From positions 28,366 to 92,365 of the forward strand of contig JAZDHZ010000003.1 of assembly GCA_043805415.1 (NCBI GenBank): a stretch of 64,000 nt of DNA, written 5' to 3'. The DNA is from Candidatus Omnitrophota bacterium. GTDB taxonomy: Bacteria; Omnitrophota; Gorgyraeia; B26-G9. The notes under the pieces are model-generated. The model saw only the letters and a list, made by a program, of their open reading frames with translations, was not told the DNA's origin and did not search any database. Position 1 is the stretch's first letter, and every line of letters starts with the position of its first letter. Below are positions 61,512-64,000 of the stretch, piece by piece. The translations under genes and the position numbers were made by a program.

Positions 61512-62309
61512 ATGCGTAAACGACATATTTTCTTAATCTTATTAATATCATTTTTCTTATCAGGGTGTGTCCAAAGTTATTATAATGTGGCTACCCAAAA
61601 AGAAGAGACTTATTTTTATTCTGATGAAAAAGAAGTCAAAATCGGAAATTCATTATCAGTTTCTGTTGAGAAGAAATTTAAACCCGATAATGATCCATTA
61701 ATTCAGCAAAGAATTAATCAAATCGGGAAAAAACTAGTGGCTGTTAATGATCGCAAGGAAATAAACTATTATTTCAAAGTCTTAGAATCGAAAAAAGATG
61801 AGATAAATGCTTTCGCCCTGCCGGGTGGATATGTTTATATTTTTCGCGGATTGTGGGATGAAATAAGTGATAATGATGATAAAATCGCCGCGGTTTTAAG
61901 TCATGAAATTGCCCATATCGCGGCTAGGCACAGTGTGAAGAGAATGCAATCCGCGGTTGGGGCAAATGTGATGAGCATCCTTGTTCTCGGCTCTTCGAAA
62001 ATGGATTCTTATTCTAAACGAAAGGCAATGCAAGGAATTAATCAGCTAATCCTATCGTATTCAAGACAAGATGAAATAGAAGCTGATATCCTCGCGACAA
62101 AATATCTTAAAAAAGCAGGATATGATGCTTTAGGGATTGTTGAGGTCTTAGCCGTCCTCGAAAAATCAGAAAGGGATAAGCCGATTAGCCCAGGGCATTG
62201 GAGGACTCATCCTTATATCACGGAACGGAGAAAAGTAGTAAATCAACAAATCAACAGAGGTTCAATTAAATTTGATGATTATATTAACACAGAAGCAATC
62301 GAGGAATAG
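61512..62309 (+). CDS. M48-family zinc metalloprotease lipoprotein
   Basis: LSGC lipobox, NAFALPGG, HEIAH, SRQDEIEAD, THP. Confidence 0.92.
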   Translation: MRKRHIFLILLISFFLSGCVQSYYNVATQKEETYFYSDEKEVKIGNSLSVSVEKKFKPDNDPLIQQRINQIGKKLVAVNDRKEINYYFKVLESKKDEINAFALPGGYVYIFRGLWDEISDNDDKIAAVLSHEIAHIAARHSVKRMQSAVGANVMSILVLGSSKMDSYSKRKAMQGINQLILSYSRQDEIEADILATKYLKKAGYDALGIVEVLAVLEKSERDKPISPGHWRTHPYITERRKVVNQQINRGSIKFDDYINTEAIEE

Positions 62310-62329
62310 TAAACAGAAAGGAGTCTATA

Positions 62330-63011
62330 GTGGATGAAGTAATTAGAAAGTTAGTCGCGCATGAAGAAGAACCTTGGAGAATATTTAGAATAATGTCAGA
62401 GTTTGTTGAAGGATTTGAAGTTTTATCAAAGATCGGGCCAGCTGTGTCTATTTTTGGTTCAGCAAGAAAAATGACCAAAGACGAGCCACATTATAAAGTT
62501 GCTCAGGAGATTGCGTATAAACTTAGCAAAAAAGGTTTCGCGATAATTACGGGTGGCGGACCTGGGATTATGGAAGCAGCAAATCGCGGAGCAAAACAAG
62601 CAAAAGGCGTTTCAATTGGTTTAAATATTCAAATTCCGACAGAGCAAAAACCTAACCCATTTATTAATAAGTTATTACAGTTTCGCTACTTTTTTTGTCG
62701 GAAAGTTATGTTTGTAAAGTATGCTCAGGCTTATGTCATCCTGCCAGGCGGGTTTGGAACTCTCGATGAATTTTTTGAGGCAATAACTTTGATTCAAACC
62801 GGCAGAAGTGAATCTTTTCCCGTTGTTCTGGTTGGAAAAAAAATATTGGCAGGGTCTAGTAAAGTGGTTAAATTCAACTGTTCATAAAGCCGGGAGTATC
62901 CAAGAAAATGATTTAAAAATTTTTAAGCTTGTCGATACTGCTGAGGAAGCTGTGAAAATAATATGTGATTTTCACGAAACTCATAAACCAGTAAAAAACA
63001 ATAAGCAATAG
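62330..63011 (+). pseudogene. LOG-family (TIGR00730-like) protein with a +1 frameshift in an A8 run
   Basis: FGSAR, TGGGPGIMEAAN, PGGFGTLDE; continuation YWQGLVKWL lies in another frame after 62843. Confidence 0.8.
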
Positions 63012-63059
63012 AAGAAGTGATTATCGCTGTAAGATAAATGATGTAAAAGGTTTAATTGC

Positions 63060-63088
63060 TTGCCTAACAATGAAAAATCTGGTAAAAT
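63060..63088 (+). promoter_or_regulatory. Promoter for the wzc-like gene
   Basis: TTGCCT-17-TAAAAT. Confidence 0.55.
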
Positions 63089-63123
63089 CGGCATATAGGG
63101 GTTTTAAAAAAAAGGGTTGATGC

Positions 63124-64000
63124 ATGCCACAATACGAATTAAATTTAAGAGACTATGTCCGAATTTTTCGCCGTCGAAGAACAATGATAATTTTTACTTT
63201 TATCCTTGTTTTATCCGGGAGTATGTTATTTACAAAAGAAAAAGCGCCTTTTTATGAAGCAGTTACAACTGTTAAGCTAGAAGAAAGAAAAACTGTTGCC
63301 GGTCTTTTGACTGAATGGATAGTTTATAGCCCCGGAGATATGATGGAATCTGAAACCCAGCTTATCCGAGGCAATCAGATAATGAAAAAATCTGCGATTA
63401 GTCTGGGCATGATCGCTTCTGATGCAGCTGAAGATGAAATCAATGCGGCGATTAGTAAATTAGAAGACATGATTAAGGCTGAAAGACAAGGCACAACAAA
63501 TATTATTCGGATCATTGCCAGCGCGGATAATGCTCAGATTGCGATTGAAACTGCCAATACTGTTGCCAGTGTTTATATTGAGGAAAATCTTCTGGGAAAA
63601 ACTTTGCAGGCGCGTAATGCCCGGCAGTTTATTCAGGAACAGCTTACCGCTTTGGACGATAGGCTCAAAGAAAAAGAAGAGACATTAAAAAGACTGTCTG
63701 AAGAAACAAAAAATATTAATCTCGCTGCTCCGATGCAGGAAAAAATAACTGAGCTGCAATTCGAATTAAGCTCCATATTACAAAAATACACAGATCGTCA
63801 TCCCTCGGTAATAGAGCTAAGAGAAAGAATCGCAGAACTTCAAAAACAAACCAAGGGGCTATCCGGTGAAGATCTGACTTATGCGCGTCTTTCAAGAGAA
63901 GTAGAAGCAGATAAAAGACTTTATTCGCTGCTGAAAGAAAAACTGGAAGAAGCGCGGATAACCGAAGCGCAAAAAGTCGGGGATATCTCTGTAGTTAATC
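63124..64000 (+). CDS. Polysaccharide co-polymerase/chain-length regulator (Wzc/GumC family), 5' part, runs off the window
   Basis: MPQYELNLRDYVRIFRRRR plus TM, FIQEQL, KYTDRHPSV; absent from the ORF track because it has no stop. Confidence 0.85.
   Translation, partial: MPQYELNLRDYVRIFRRRRTMIIFTFILVLSGSMLFTKEKAPFYEAVTTVKLEERKTVAGLLTEWIVYSPGDMMESETQLIRGNQIMKKSAISLGMIASDAAEDEINAAISKLEDMIKAERQGTTNIIRIIASADNAQIAIETANTVASVYIEENLLGKTLQARNARQFIQEQLTALDDRLKEKEETLKRLSEETKNINLAAPMQEKITELQFELSSILQKYTDRHPSVIELRERIAELQKQTKGLSGEDLTYARLSREVEADKRLYSLLKEKLEEARITEAQKVGDISVVN

Overview
AT-rich bacterial chromosomal window, mostly housekeeping. Gene content (DapL lysine pathway, NadX, fhs, tRNA-Arg(UCG)) and the signal-peptide-bearing orphan proteins suggest an anaerobic PVC-superphylum organism, possibly Omnitrophota; this is inference. 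Contents in order: end of an arn lipid-A modification operon, ktrBA, envelope proteins, miaB/miaA, mfd-surA-pdxA-rsmA, fhs, rplM-rpsI, a ~17 kb biosynthetic run (argCJBDFGH-lysA-dapFAB-dapL-folK-panCD-nadA-nadX), rmuC, three PilZ genes, four tRNAs, tig-clpP, serA, purA, larBC, secG and the start of a wzc-like gene. Two signals stand out. (1) Two unlinked orphan genes encode signal-peptide-bearing proteins with normally cytoplasmic catalytic domains (a Upf1/DNA2-like SF1 helicase; a receiver-like plus PI3/4K/HipA-like kinase). They share a post-signal motif LSPx[IM]x[IL]Dxxx[LV]xxxF and a C-terminal [IL]xx[AS]I-stop, which suggests a tagged family of exported effectors. (2) A family of modular 7-nt-period repeats forms nested inverted 'onion' structures at gene junctions and has also inserted in frame into miaB. 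No CRISPR array, rRNA, integrase or transposase was seen.
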